This document shows, one piece after another, positions 34,035 through 44,407 of a stretch of 64,000 bases of DNA. Origin of the DNA: Perkinsela sp. CCAP 1560/9. Its lineage: Eukaryota > Protista > Euglenozoa: Kinetoplastea. The position numbers and the translations under genes are program-made. The stretch is taken from the NCBI GenBank assembly GCA_965644495.1, contig CBFFSA010000014.1, positions 1 to 64,000 of the forward strand, given 5' to 3'. The notes beneath the pieces were generated by a model. That model ran no database searches, was not told where the DNA came from, and saw only the letters and a list, made by a program, of their open reading frames with translations. Within the stretch, counting starts at the first letter, position 1, and each line of letters begins with the position of its first letter.

Positions 34035-35147
34035 TCATCTATTCGAGGACACACCCTCTTTTTTCTGTGATGCCATCTTACTCACTAATTCTGCCCTCTT
34101 CGCGCTACGTATCGAGGATTCTGCCACCTGCAGCGTGCGCCTCAGACAAAGTAGCGAAAGTGCGCATGCAGAGAACCAAAAAATCGAATAGAACAAGTGA
34201 CCATTGGGCGTGACATAGTACTCCGGTAGTTGTGTCTCGGACGCACGCTTCGGAAAGATTTCCCCGTTCACCAACACCCGCGCAATATCCTCCTCCTCCG
34301 GAATACGAATATAATACCTTCGTAAGGGGTGCGGAAACACAGACGTCTTTCCTCCTCTCTCCATTTTTATTTCCCCACCATCCTTTCCCCCCCTCTCCCC
34401 ACCACTCTTTTCCCCCCCCTCCTCTTCCTCCCTTACCCCTCCTGTGGTGGAGCGCTGTTGTCGGCTCCACGTTTGGAACTTCCTACAGTACCCCGCGGCC
34501 ATCTCATACGGCCGAAACAACGACCAGGCCCGTCCCATCGGAGCTCGATGGGCCGGGGGGTTGCGCCCGCCCCACCACGAGGAGGCGTCCTCCTCATACC
34601 GCACACTCCCACGCAGCCGGGTGGACCGGTTTGTGGTGGTGCGGAGGTATTTTTGGAGGAACACCCCCCCCTTGAAGGCGTCGATCGGGACCCACCCGAG
34701 ATCGACCATCACCAGCGAGCCGTCAGGGTCGCAGTGAAACGGACACAGCGCGTGGAACCCCCCGCGGTCCTCTCCCCAGGAGGGGGAACCGACTCGGGGA
34801 GTCGTATTGTTAGGATTCGAAGGCGTAGGACTACTGCTACTCGTACTACTGCCTTTGTGTAAACCCGTAGAGGCGTTCCCGACACGGATGGCATCCGCTG
34901 GGGCACCACGGGGTCCCACCAGGACGGTTTCGTTAAAGTCGAAACAGCCGTGGAGGGCGACGGGCTGGAATAAGGAGGGGACGGCGGACCCGGGGGGTGG
35001 GAGGGTGTCCAGGGGGGTGGAATGGACGTTGTCCTGGAGGGAGAGGATGTGCTGCTTCCATTGACGACGGAACAGCTGCCACACCCCCGCGTTGAAACAC
35101 AGTACCCCGGAGCCAGCGAAGGCAAAGACGGTGCCGCGAAGGCCCAT
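34035..35147 (-). CDS. SURF1: SURF1/Shy1 cytochrome c oxidase assembly protein
   Basis: N-terminal TM plus GVWQLFRRQWK, VMVDLGWVP, C-terminal HLFYSIFWFS TM. Confidence 0.88.
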   Translation of the reverse strand: MGLRGTVFAFAGSGVLCFNAGVWQLFRRQWKQHILSLQDNVHSTPLDTLPPPGSAVPSLFQPVALHGCFDFNETVLVGPRGAPADAIRVGNASTGLHKGSSTSSSSPTPSNPNNTTPRVGSPSWGEDRGGFHALCPFHCDPDGSLVMVDLGWVPIDAFKGGVFLQKYLRTTTNRSTRLRGSVRYEEDASSWWGGRNPPAHRAPMGRAWSLFRPYEMAAGYCRKFQTWSRQQRSTTGGVREEEEGGEKSGGERGGKDGGEIKMERGGKTSVFPHPLRRYYIRIPEEEDIARVLVNGEIFPKRASETQLPEYYVTPNGHLFYSIFWFSACALSLLCLRRTLQVAESSIRSAKRAELVSKMASQKKEGVSSNR

Positions 35148-35453
35148 GGTGGGGGGAAAGAGGGAGAGAGGGGAGAAAAAAAGGGGTTCCTAGGGAGGGG
35201 ATTTAGAAAAGAGTGGTGGTGGAGAGGAGTGGCTTGGGGTGAGTGGAAGGGGGCTGATCCACTTCCTTGATTTATCGTCCAAGAATACTCTCCCTTTCAC
35301 AATTCTTTATAAATATAAATTACCGTGCGCGTAAAAATTAAGGGTAATTATAATCATTGCAGCAAAAATTAGTACAATATTAATTGGTGCAGAAAATTGT
35401 TCTTAAAAACGCTCTGCACTAATTAGAGGGTTGAAACTAGAGAAACAATCAAG

Positions 35454-36232
35454 TTGACGATGATGCCGTATCTGACGATAGCTGTTTGCAGATGGCATAA
35501 GCACTACAAGGATCATGGTCAATACTATGATCCTCGAAAGCGTGGTAAAACTACTGTACTAGATCAGAATATTTTGAAAGAAATACTTGAAAAATTTCAA
35601 AAACTACGTCACTTAAGAGTCCAAATGCCCAAAATCGGCGGACTCTTAAGTAGGGGGGGTACAGTACGATAGTATTTATAATTAAGATTATAAATTATAA
35701 TTAAGATATCGTTCAAATAAGGATTTTTTCGACGAAAAAATCCTTAAATTCGTAAGTAAATACTATCGTAATTGAATTCAGCACTGTATTGTTTTGGTTT
35801 TTTTCATTGTTCATGCCTTAAAGAGTGCACTCGCGTTCTTTCGGAGGAAAATTTTCGGAAGCCTCTGGTTCACCGCCCGGACAGACCAAAGTCACGCATA
35901 GAATGCTTCTTGGGGCGGTCTATAGTGAGACAGGGTCTTTTTCAGAGACTGACCATACTTTTCTTGTACATGAAGACGCGGTTAACCTACAGGTAGAACG
36001 TCACGAGAAGACAGGTGACGTACAGGATCCAGAAAGGAAGAAAACACGCAATTTGTGCTCTCCTAGCTTAGTGGAAGCAGACTTAAAGGTTGTTGATGAA
36101 CCGGACCGAGATGGCCCACGTCCTTCCTGGAACTTTATTCTGCACGAGGTCCGTAAGGCGGGGTTCCAGTGTTCGAAATGGTCTTTGAAGCGTCTGTACC
36201 AAAAGAAATTGAAACTACATTTCTATTTTTAA
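35454..36232 (+). pseudogene. Tc1/mariner-type N-terminal DNA-binding domain remnants
   Basis: RWHKHYKDHG..PRKRGK and ERHEKTGDVQDPERK...SKWSLKRL resemble paired-HTH regions; no DDE domain. Confidence 0.4.
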
Positions 36233-36442
36233 TTGTTATTTAATTGGTTAATGTATATAATTGGTTAATTGGGTTATTTTTAATTGGTGTCGGTCGAGAA
36301 AAGGACACTAATTTAAAGTACACCAATTTTTACGACACTAATTTATCTTTCAAACAACTACTTCATGAATACAAGAAAAAATCGCACGGAAAAATAATAA
36401 ATTGATACTTATACTGTACCCCTCCCGTTTATAATAGCCTCT

Positions 36443-36937
36443 TCAATGTTTCAGTTAAAATGGTAAGAAAATATTTGAAAGAAAAAAAACCCACCCCACA
36501 GTACACAAGTTTGGGGGGCTATAGGTGTAGGTTGGAGACACTTAGTTGTTCTCGATAAGGACTCGTCCATCACGAGCATATCTTATGTAAAGACGTTGAA
36601 GAAAGCACAATTTCCACAGAATTGTATCTTTCAACAAGATGGGGATACAGCACACACTGCCCGTGCCTCTATGGAGTACATTACGGGTAGAATGAGTGAT
36701 GTACTTAAAAATTGGCCCCCCAATTCACCTGACCTTTCCCCCATAGAAAACGTTTGGTCGATGGTCCAGGACGCGGTGGACGGAAAGACTCCATCGGATA
36801 AACCTTCACTTATCCGATGCATACGCAAAGCGTGGTCTCGTTTGCCACAAAAGGTGATCGATAAAACTGTTTTGAGTTTTGATGCTCGCCTTAAGAAGTG
36901 TATAGAACTCAAAGGCGAAAAAGTGACAAAATGGTAA
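36443..36937 (+). pseudogene. Internally deleted Tc1-like transposase
   Basis: FNVSVKMVRKYLK followed almost directly by VWGAIGVGWR...QQDG...WPPNSPDLSPIENVW; paralogous to 37330. Confidence 0.85.
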
Positions 36938-37329
36938 TTGTAATCTAGAAACGCTAGTTGTTCTTTGTTTCAGCCCACTCTTAGGTGCGCAAAGTTCCTA
37001 TGGTGAGATCTGCAAAATGCAACAAAAATGAGCTCAAACGGCCACTTGGCCGAAAAAAAAGTGGGGGGTGACTTTTCGTTGGGCGGGGTTTATTTAAGAC
37101 GGTGGAAGAAAATTAAAAAAAATCTTCCTCGGTTTGCCAAAAAAAGAACCTATAAACCCCTCGACACGAATAAAGCACCCCCCTTTATTTTTTGCGTGCG
37201 GGGACCCATGGGGGTTGCAGCACCACTTTATCGTCCAGAATTTTGAGATCTGCACGTTCCCGTGGTTTTTAGCTTCATTTAAAACTTTTAAAAAAATCAG
37301 TTTCAGAAATATTTTCTTTCTAAAATTTC

Positions 37330-38328
37330 ATGGTAAAATCCAAGTACCGTCCCCCAAAGGGGGGGATGACCCCTATAGGTAAGACATTATTGCGCCTGAG
37401 GTTCGAGGACGGTGTCCCAAAGAAGCAACTTGCACGAGAATTTAATATTTCTGTAAAATATGTGAGGCAATATCTGAAAGCAAAAGAAACCAATAAAACC
37501 AAAATATTTACACCGAAAAAAAATATCTTACGTCGCAGAAAAAAAATAGTAACCATTATTTCACCAAAAGACCTTGCTGGAGTGCCGAAACACAGCAGCG
37601 CTAGATGCATTGCGGGGAGATTGAGTAAAAAGGGGGTACATGTCACAAAACGCACTGTTCAACGTGACTTAAAAGCAATGAAATATACTTATTCCCCACG
37701 CCCGGTTACTATGGCGTTGACCGAACGTCAGAAGGCTAAAAGGGTTGAGTTTGCCTTAGCATGGAATGGGGATTCACGCATAATTGTATTTTCTGATGAA
37801 AAAATCTTTGATACTAATGATATGCGTAAAAAAATGTGGGTTGCCCCGGGCGAAAAGGCTACTCCAAGGCAGAAAATGCGTTGGGCCCCAAAATGCCATG
37901 TGTGGGGTGCCATTGGAGTTGGGTGGCGTTATCTAGCTATTCTTCCCAATGACAGCTCAATTACGAGCGAAACGTATATTAAAACCCTGCGTAAGACTCC
38001 TTTCCCCCGTAATTTTATTTTTCAACAAGATGGAGCAGGCGCACACACTGCAAAAATGACAAAGTCTTATCTTTTTGAATCAGAAATTCAGTATATCAAA
38101 AATTGGCCTGCCAACTCACCTGACCTCAATCCTATAGAAAATGTATGGGAAATGATACAGCAACGAGTATGTGGAATGAACCCCTCGAGTACTACTTCGC
38201 TTATTAGGTGTGTAAAAAAAGCATTTAAAGAAATCCCCCGAAGGGAAATAAATAAAACTGTTTTAAGCTTCGATCGTCGACTAGAAGCCTGCGTAAAGTG
38301 CAAGGGAGAAAAAGTGAAAAAGTGGTAA
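37330..38328 (+). CDS. IS630-Tc1-mariner transposase, DD35E
   Basis: HTH N-terminus, VFSDEKIF, FQQDGAGAH-WPANSPDLNPIENVW with 35 residues between D2 and E. Confidence 0.93.
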   Translation: MVKSKYRPPKGGMTPIGKTLLRLRFEDGVPKKQLAREFNISVKYVRQYLKAKETNKTKIFTPKKNILRRRKKIVTIISPKDLAGVPKHSSARCIAGRLSKKGVHVTKRTVQRDLKAMKYTYSPRPVTMALTERQKAKRVEFALAWNGDSRIIVFSDEKIFDTNDMRKKMWVAPGEKATPRQKMRWAPKCHVWGAIGVGWRYLAILPNDSSITSETYIKTLRKTPFPRNFIFQQDGAGAHTAKMTKSYLFESEIQYIKNWPANSPDLNPIENVWEMIQQRVCGMNPSSTTSLIRCVKKAFKEIPRREINKTVLSFDRRLEACVKCKGEKVKKW

Positions 38329-39748
38329 TCGTCTACTTATATTTTACCTTATTCACCCCAGGACAATTTTACAAGGTGCGCAAAGTCTATTCACTGAGAT
38401 CTGCAAAATGCCACAAGAATTAGCTCAAACGGACTTACCATACAAATTTTAGAGGGGGGTGCTTTATTGTGTCGAGGGGTTTATAGGGGGGGAGGGGTCG
38501 AGGCTATTATAAACAGGGAGGGGGTACGGTAGTTTTGAAAAAACCATTTTCGTTGTTCAAGAGATAATTGGGTGAAAGGGGACTTTTTTTGCCCCCGAAA
38601 AAAACTTGAAATTTTTTCATGGTGGTTTCTCAAACAAAATTTCAGTATTATCCAAGCGAGTGAATAAGCAGCATATTTTTGCTACTTACACGACTCCGCT
38701 CTATCTTTTTTTTTTGCACAGGCTGTAAAATGTATGACAGTATCACTTTTTGTAGTTGGGAACCTTGGATGACGTGCTGATAGAAGCCTGTACTGTACGA
38801 TGTGAATTAAGGAGTTCTTGTAATCCGCTGTTTAAGGAAGGTTTTTTCCAGGCTCAGAACCAGAACCAAGATAGAGCTCATACATTTTCTTGTTTGGTAT
38901 ATTTTATTAAGGGAAGTACGAAGTTAAAAGTTTTTGGGGGAAAAAAGTCCCTTTTGACCGATAATTGTTTTCCACTGAGGATTTTCCGTCGTCTATGCCA
39001 CTGCCTCTACCCCTAGTGGTATTCTTATGCCTTCGGGCATATTCAATTATTAGAAAAGTGGCACTACACCAAGTTTTTAATTATTGGCGAAGCTATGCAA
39101 CTTTTAATTAAAAGATCAATAATGTTTGTAGAAATTTGTACATATCGACAAACAATAGAAGTTGTTAGTAGAGGGGCGGAAAAACCCAAAATTAGGTCAA
39201 AAGTTTTTTTTGCTCCGAAAAAGATTCAAGAATTTTTACGGGGACGAAAGTTGTTTTTCACCAAAAAATTATTATACCTAGGAGGTACAATAGGTGTACC
39301 TAGGTATAATAACCCGGACGATGGTTTGCATCTCTCTAACCTTGTCAGATTCGTTGCGAAGGGCAGGTTATTAAGTGGTCATTAAGTGAGGGGATGCGGG
39401 TGTGATCTCGCATGACCTCACGACCGGGTGTTGACATAAAGCCAATCTCGCTCCTCCTGCGTCAAATCTTCTCATAAAATTTGAGTTTTTGTGTAAAATC
39501 TATGGCACTCTTCTCTAAAAAGTGGTTGCCAAGATCAGACCTCATGAGAAATTCAAAAATTGACCAAAAAGATAAAAAAAATGTTTCTCGCCAAAAATTG
39601 ACAACTTTTAAATAAAAGAACAATAATTTTTGTACCATGAATTTTAGCGATAATAATTTTTGGCTTGGGTATAATTAAAAATACACCAATTTTTACGACT
39701 CGATATTTTACGACACAAATTTTTACGAGCATGATTTCCGCAGCCTGT

Positions 39749-40504
39749 TCAATGATGATCCACAGAATGATTGCACTCGAGCAGTCGAATATTCGTTCTC
39801 TTAAAGTCGATTCGTTGTCTTAGTTGCTTTGGGAAATCGCATCTCTGCACCTCACCGCAAAGTGCTTCATTTTCGTATATCATAAGGAGTTGAAGCTTTA
39901 AGGGGAGATTAGATAAGTTAACAACCCCGGAAAAATTATTGCCACTAATATTGAGCTCGAATAAATTCTTTGGAAGAGAAGTCAGATCTGGTGTCCCAGT
40001 AAGATCATTCTGATGGACGTTAATAATTTCTAATCGTGCAGGAAGCATATTCAGACACACCTCGCCGCTAAATCTATTCCAGCACAAATAGACCCACTTC
40101 ATGGTCTCTGGGAGTGCACTTAAGTCCAACGATCCAGTAAAATAATTTTTATGAAGACTTAGCGCAATTAGCTCGAACGGTAAATTATCTAAGAGTATCT
40201 CACCGGACAACTGGCTTTCTTCTACTTCAAATGTTGACAGAGTTTGTGGAAGGTAAGCTAGGTGCAGCGTTCCAAACAGATTCATTTCATTCCAACAAAT
40301 ATGAGATACCTGACCTTTTTTATTACATTTTACGTCACTCCAGCTGCACGCTGCCGTAGAAGTACACCAGGATGAATGTGGGGTCTTTACATCACTAATG
40401 AGTCGCGCAAGTTCGTATTCTTGAGGTAGATTCGCGAAGCCAACCTTTGCAGGACTAATCAGAGGTGCTCTTGGAACGTCTTTAGATCGAACGTATAAGT
40501 CCAT
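39749..40504 (-). CDS. Short LRR family protein
   Basis: LPQEYELARL...WCTSTAACSWSDVKC cap plus LRRs; first ATG at 40504. Confidence 0.9.
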   Translation of the reverse strand: MDLYVRSKDVPRAPLISPAKVGFANLPQEYELARLISDVKTPHSSWCTSTAACSWSDVKCNKKGQVSHICWNEMNLFGTLHLAYLPQTLSTFEVEESQLSGEILLDNLPFELIALSLHKNYFTGSLDLSALPETMKWVYLCWNRFSGEVCLNMLPARLEIINVHQNDLTGTPDLTSLPKNLFELNISGNNFSGVVNLSNLPLKLQLLMIYENEALCGEVQRCDFPKQLRQRIDFKRTNIRLLECNHSVDHH

Positions 40505-40544
40505 TTGACTAAAATACACAAGCTCGTACCTGAATATTCAGCAT

Positions 40545-40974
40545 AACCCGGGGAACGGTATATTATTTAAATCGCTATTTAAATAATATAGTGTTATTTA
40601 AATAATATAGCGTTAAAGTTTCTATTTAAATAATATAGCGTTAGCGCCAGAATATTTAAATAGGGGAAAAACGCAAGTAAAAATGTGGTCTTTAGAAGTA
40701 CGTACGGTAGTTTAAGGGGCTTCTAAGTTGGTATAGAGCACTTAAAAAGTTGTAAAAAATGATTTTAGCCTACAATTCTAGCTATTACCAAAGAATTCTA
40801 GGTATTTCCAAAGGAATTCCTCGACAAGTAGGCCCGCCATAGTGGGAAAATAAGCCGAATTTTACCATTTAAATAATATAGTGTTAATTTAAATAATATA
40901 GTGTTATTTGAATAATAGTGTCATTTAAATGTTATAGCGTTATTAATATATTAATAATATACCGTTCCCCGGGT
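40545..40974. mobile_element. MITE/foldback with iterated ATTTAAATAATATAG motifs
   Basis: Perfect inverted repeat ATAACCCGGGGAACGGTATATTATT at both ends. Confidence 0.75.
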
Positions 40975-41327
40975 TATACCAAGCTCTCATAGCTTGTACA
41001 CTATGCAGTGGCGTATACTGAAAATTTAAGCATATTTTCGATAAAAATAACTTTCACAAGGAACGAAAGGCTTTCAAAAATTATATACTATGTCACAAGA
41101 ACAACGCTTGTGTCCTCCGTGCTTAATAGAAATCCTTTTGGTAAAGAGTTCCTTAGAATTTCGCCGAAAATCTCCCAATTAAAGGACAAATTGGCCACTT
41201 GTAATGTTAGTGGTAATCGATCAAGAAAAACCTGACCAGAAAATTCATTGTCGGAGATGTTAAGATACTTCAGACCCACAGGAAGATTAGATAAGTCAGG
41301 TGACCCCGAAAATTTATTCCCGGCTAG

Positions 41328-43131
41328 TTTGTTCGTTCATGCACTTATAGTGCAGAGATTATGCTCACAAAGTCCGTGCCCGCATACGACGGGTGGATCA
41401 AGTGAGGGTTCGCCCTCGCCGGAGGTGTGCGGGTGCAGAGAGCTGGGGTCCCAGGTGCAGAGAGCTCGGTTGTCATGTGCAGGTGCAGAGAGCCGGATGC
41501 GTAATCCCCATATTACAGTTTCGGGGGCAATCCGGGTGCAGAGAGCTGCGACAGAGCCGAGGTGCAGAGAGCTGGGCGACCCCCAGATGCGGAGAGCCGG
41601 GAGTCTCGTCGGCGGAGGACACGCCTAGTGGTCCTCAAGGGAGGCCACCGTAACGCATGGCCTCTTCGGAAAGGTAACTGCGAGAGAAGGGGAAGCCGAG
41701 AGAGGGAAACACACTCACTCCAGGGGAGTGATTCTGGAAGGGGTGAAGGGGTGGAAGCGCGTCCACTGCTTCAACAATAGAGAGGGACAGTTTCGGCCTT
41801 AGTGCCGGCCGGCAACGGGCATGAAAATACAGTAAGAGTATGCCCTTTGCCGGGGAAAGAAAGGATGAACTAAGGAAAATTTTGATGTTCATGCGCTCGT
41901 TGGCGCAGAGATACAGCCCTTGATGCGACAGCCGATATCATCGGCACAATCCGTATTGACGGATGTCGCACCAAGGGGGTTTAGCTCGGACTCTGTCGGT
42001 AGAGGGGGTCCAGGCAACTCGCCCTCTCTTTACGCAGCCGGAGGGGCGCACTGCAACCGACTCGGTCCCAGAGGTTATGATCATACGCTCGTGGCGCAGA
42101 GATACGTCTCTCTGTGTGACGGCCGATACCATCGGCGCATGACCCGCATACGACGGGTGTCACACAGAGAGTGGAGTGCGAGGTAGGAGACGAGACGCCC
42201 ATCGGTCATGCTACAGCACGTATAGCCATGGTTCATGCTGCAACACGGTCAAGCCGTGGGTTCATGCTGTCAGATGGTCTATCGTGGATCATGATGCATC
42301 ATGGGGAGGTCCGTTACCGCCGCACTCGCTACAGCATGTAGGGAGAGAGGGGTGCAAGTTCGCATCCCCTATACACGCATACAACGTGTCCTCCCGCTGT
42401 AGCACGCCCAGTGGTCCTCAAGGGAGGCCACCATGGCGCATAGCTCCCGGGAGAAGAAAGCACGAGAAGGAGAGAGCCGGGGAGGGAAGAAAGCTCACTC
42501 GAAGAGAGCGAGCCGGGGAGGGGTGAAGAGTGCGAAGTGCGTCCCCTAGTTTTATCATGCACTTATAGTGCAGAGATTTACTCACCATGTCCTTATCCCG
42601 CATACGACGGGTGGATCATGTGAGGTTTCGTCCTCGCCGGAGGTGTGCGGGTGCGGAGAGCTGGCGTCCCAGGTGCAGAGAGCTCGGTTGTCATGTGCAG
42701 GTGCAGAGAGCCGGATGCGTAATCCCCATATTACAGTTTCGGGGGCAATCCGGGTGCAGAGAGCTGCGACAGAGCCGAGGTGCGGAGAGCTGGGCGACCG
42801 CCAGGTGCAGAGAGCCGAGCCTCGTCGGCGGAGGACACGTCTAGTGGTCCTCAAGGGAGGCCACCGTGACGCATGGCCCTCTCGGAGAGGAAAAAGACAA
42901 GTCGAAAAAAAGCCGAGAGGGGGAAGCACACTCACTCCAGGGGAGTGAGTCGGGGAGGGGTGAAGTGGTGAAAGCGCGTCCCCTGCTTCAGCGACAAGAG
43001 GGACAGTTCCGACCTTAGTGCCGGCCGGCAACGGGCATAAAAATACAGTAAGAGTATGCCCGTTGCCGGGGAAAGAAAGGATTAACTAAGGAAAAAGTAC
43101 CAACAAGGTACAGAAACTGTATCTTTATCAA
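41328..43131 (-). mobile_element. SL-headed element concatemer: A (43131-42550) + related B (42549-41880) + A without SL (41879-41328)
   Basis: Two ~0.55-kb A units homologous to 27610-28839; B shares hairpins and terminal architecture. Confidence 0.88.
43101..43129 (-). ncRNA. Spliced-leader exon remnant (nt ~11-39) followed by GTA
   Basis: GATAAAGATACAGTTTCTGTACCTTGTTG|GTAC versus T. brucei SL AACTAACGCTATTATTAGAACAGTTTCTGTACTATATTG|GTA; 13-nt core ACAGTTTCTGTAC identical, with the same spacing to TTG|GT. Confidence 0.78.
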
Positions 43132-43838
43132 TCCTTCCAACTGATTAGGTAAAATAGTAAGATCTACACGCCCATAAAACCAGACTTTCGAAACTCGCTT
43201 ATTAAGACGTAGAGTACGCATCGTAGCTGGGAGAAATGAAAAAAGAAACTCACCATGAACAGGCAACTCATGCCAATTAATTTCTACGACCGTCAGCTCC
43301 TTATCACAAAGAATGTTTTTCCATTCGCATACTGAAATATTTGCTTGCCACGAGCTGTCTGTATTTTCCAGTTTGATTACTAACTGATTTAGCAGGATTT
43401 CTTGCGGAAAATTGGCTCCACGAATCCGACCAACTGGTACTTTTTTGTAATCGGATTCAATAGCAGTTACTGCAAAAAGGGGCTTCGAATAATTGTACAT
43501 TACTTAATAGGGAGTACGAGAGACGCAAGACACAAGAATAATTATAAGTGTGTAACAACTTATAGTTGTTACAGAATATAGTTTTTATAGTTTTCATAGT
43601 TTATGGAGATTGCACGTGCGAACTAACAAGCAGTTTAAACCATTTTCTTTGATTCATTTGTTTGAGCAGTGATCATTTCTTTTGTCTAACAATGGATTTT
43701 TCTTGTTTCGTTTTTTTCCTGTATCTCGACGCCTTGCCGGGGGTGTGTGAGATTTTCTTATCGCCGAGAACCTACTCTAAGTAAGTTTCTATTTGAACAG
43801 AAGAGGTATGCATAGATTGCCTGAAAAGCCACGAACTA

Positions 43839-44269
43839 CCGTATAGCGCCCCCCCCCCCCAGTAATAGAATGGGTTTTGGTCCAAAATGGCCAAATCTCT
43901 GTTACTGGGGGGTGCTTTTTTGGTAGGCAGAGACCTTTTTTTCATGGGTGCGTTGATTTTCTGCCCAGACAACCCCGCAACTATACCATTCGCTCCCGCG
44001 CAACTACCCTCACCCAGCCCAGCGACCCCCACCCGCCCAAACACCCCCTCCTACCTCCAACCACCCTCCCGAGCCAAATTTCTGCTACTGGGGGTCAGCC
44101 CAAAAATAGCCAAATCTCTGTTACTGGGGGGGGTCTATTACTGGTCGTCTATTATGTTAAGAGAGAAGCAAGATGTACCATATACCCCTTCTCAGTAAGA
44201 GACCCCCTTAGTAAGAGAGATTTGGCCATTTTGACCCAAAACCCATTCTCTCACTGGGGGGCTATACGG
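43839..44269. mobile_element. MITE, TA TSD, ~60-bp TIRs
   Basis: CCGTATAGC..CCCCAGT..AGAATGGGTTTTGG..AAAATGGCCAAATCTCT and its inverse; a related end lies at ~19680-19732. Confidence 0.85.
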
Positions 44270-44407
44270 TATGATAACGACAGATAAACGCTCCACATTG
44301 GTGCACTTAAATGAATAAAAATATCAAAAATAAGGAAACGGATAAATTGTCTTTACTTTAACGGAAATGGCGTCTTGCTGTGTATTTTTGATTTGACACG
44401 ATTACAT

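Larger units (their letters stand above)
36414..38529 (+). mobile_element. Composite Tc1-like element, TA TSD
   Basis: Outer TIRs CTGTACCCCTCCCGTTTATAATAGCCTC / GAGGCTATTATAAACAGGGAGGGGGTACGG flanked by TA; inner TIRs CCTATAAACCCCTCGACAC(G)AATAAAGCACCCCC at 37149 and 38487. Confidence 0.8.
41088..43500 (-). pseudogene. LRR family gene split by an SL-headed concatemer (5' part 43500-43126, 3' part 41327-41088)
   Basis: Joining gives in-frame ...LPNQLEGLI|LAGNKFSGSPDLSNLPVGLKYLNISDNEFSG...VVLVT*. Confidence 0.88.

Noticed and set aside
41324-43100. Cis-intron from the SL donor GT (43100) to CTAG (41324), which would be in frame
   Set aside because: No pyrimidine tract before the AG, and copy 1 lacks both sites; likely coincidence unless RNA-seq shows the junction.
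27610-43131. SL-headed units as functional SL RNA genes
   Set aside because: The 5' end of the exon is missing, no clear Sm site or T-tract terminator, and they interrupt protein genes.
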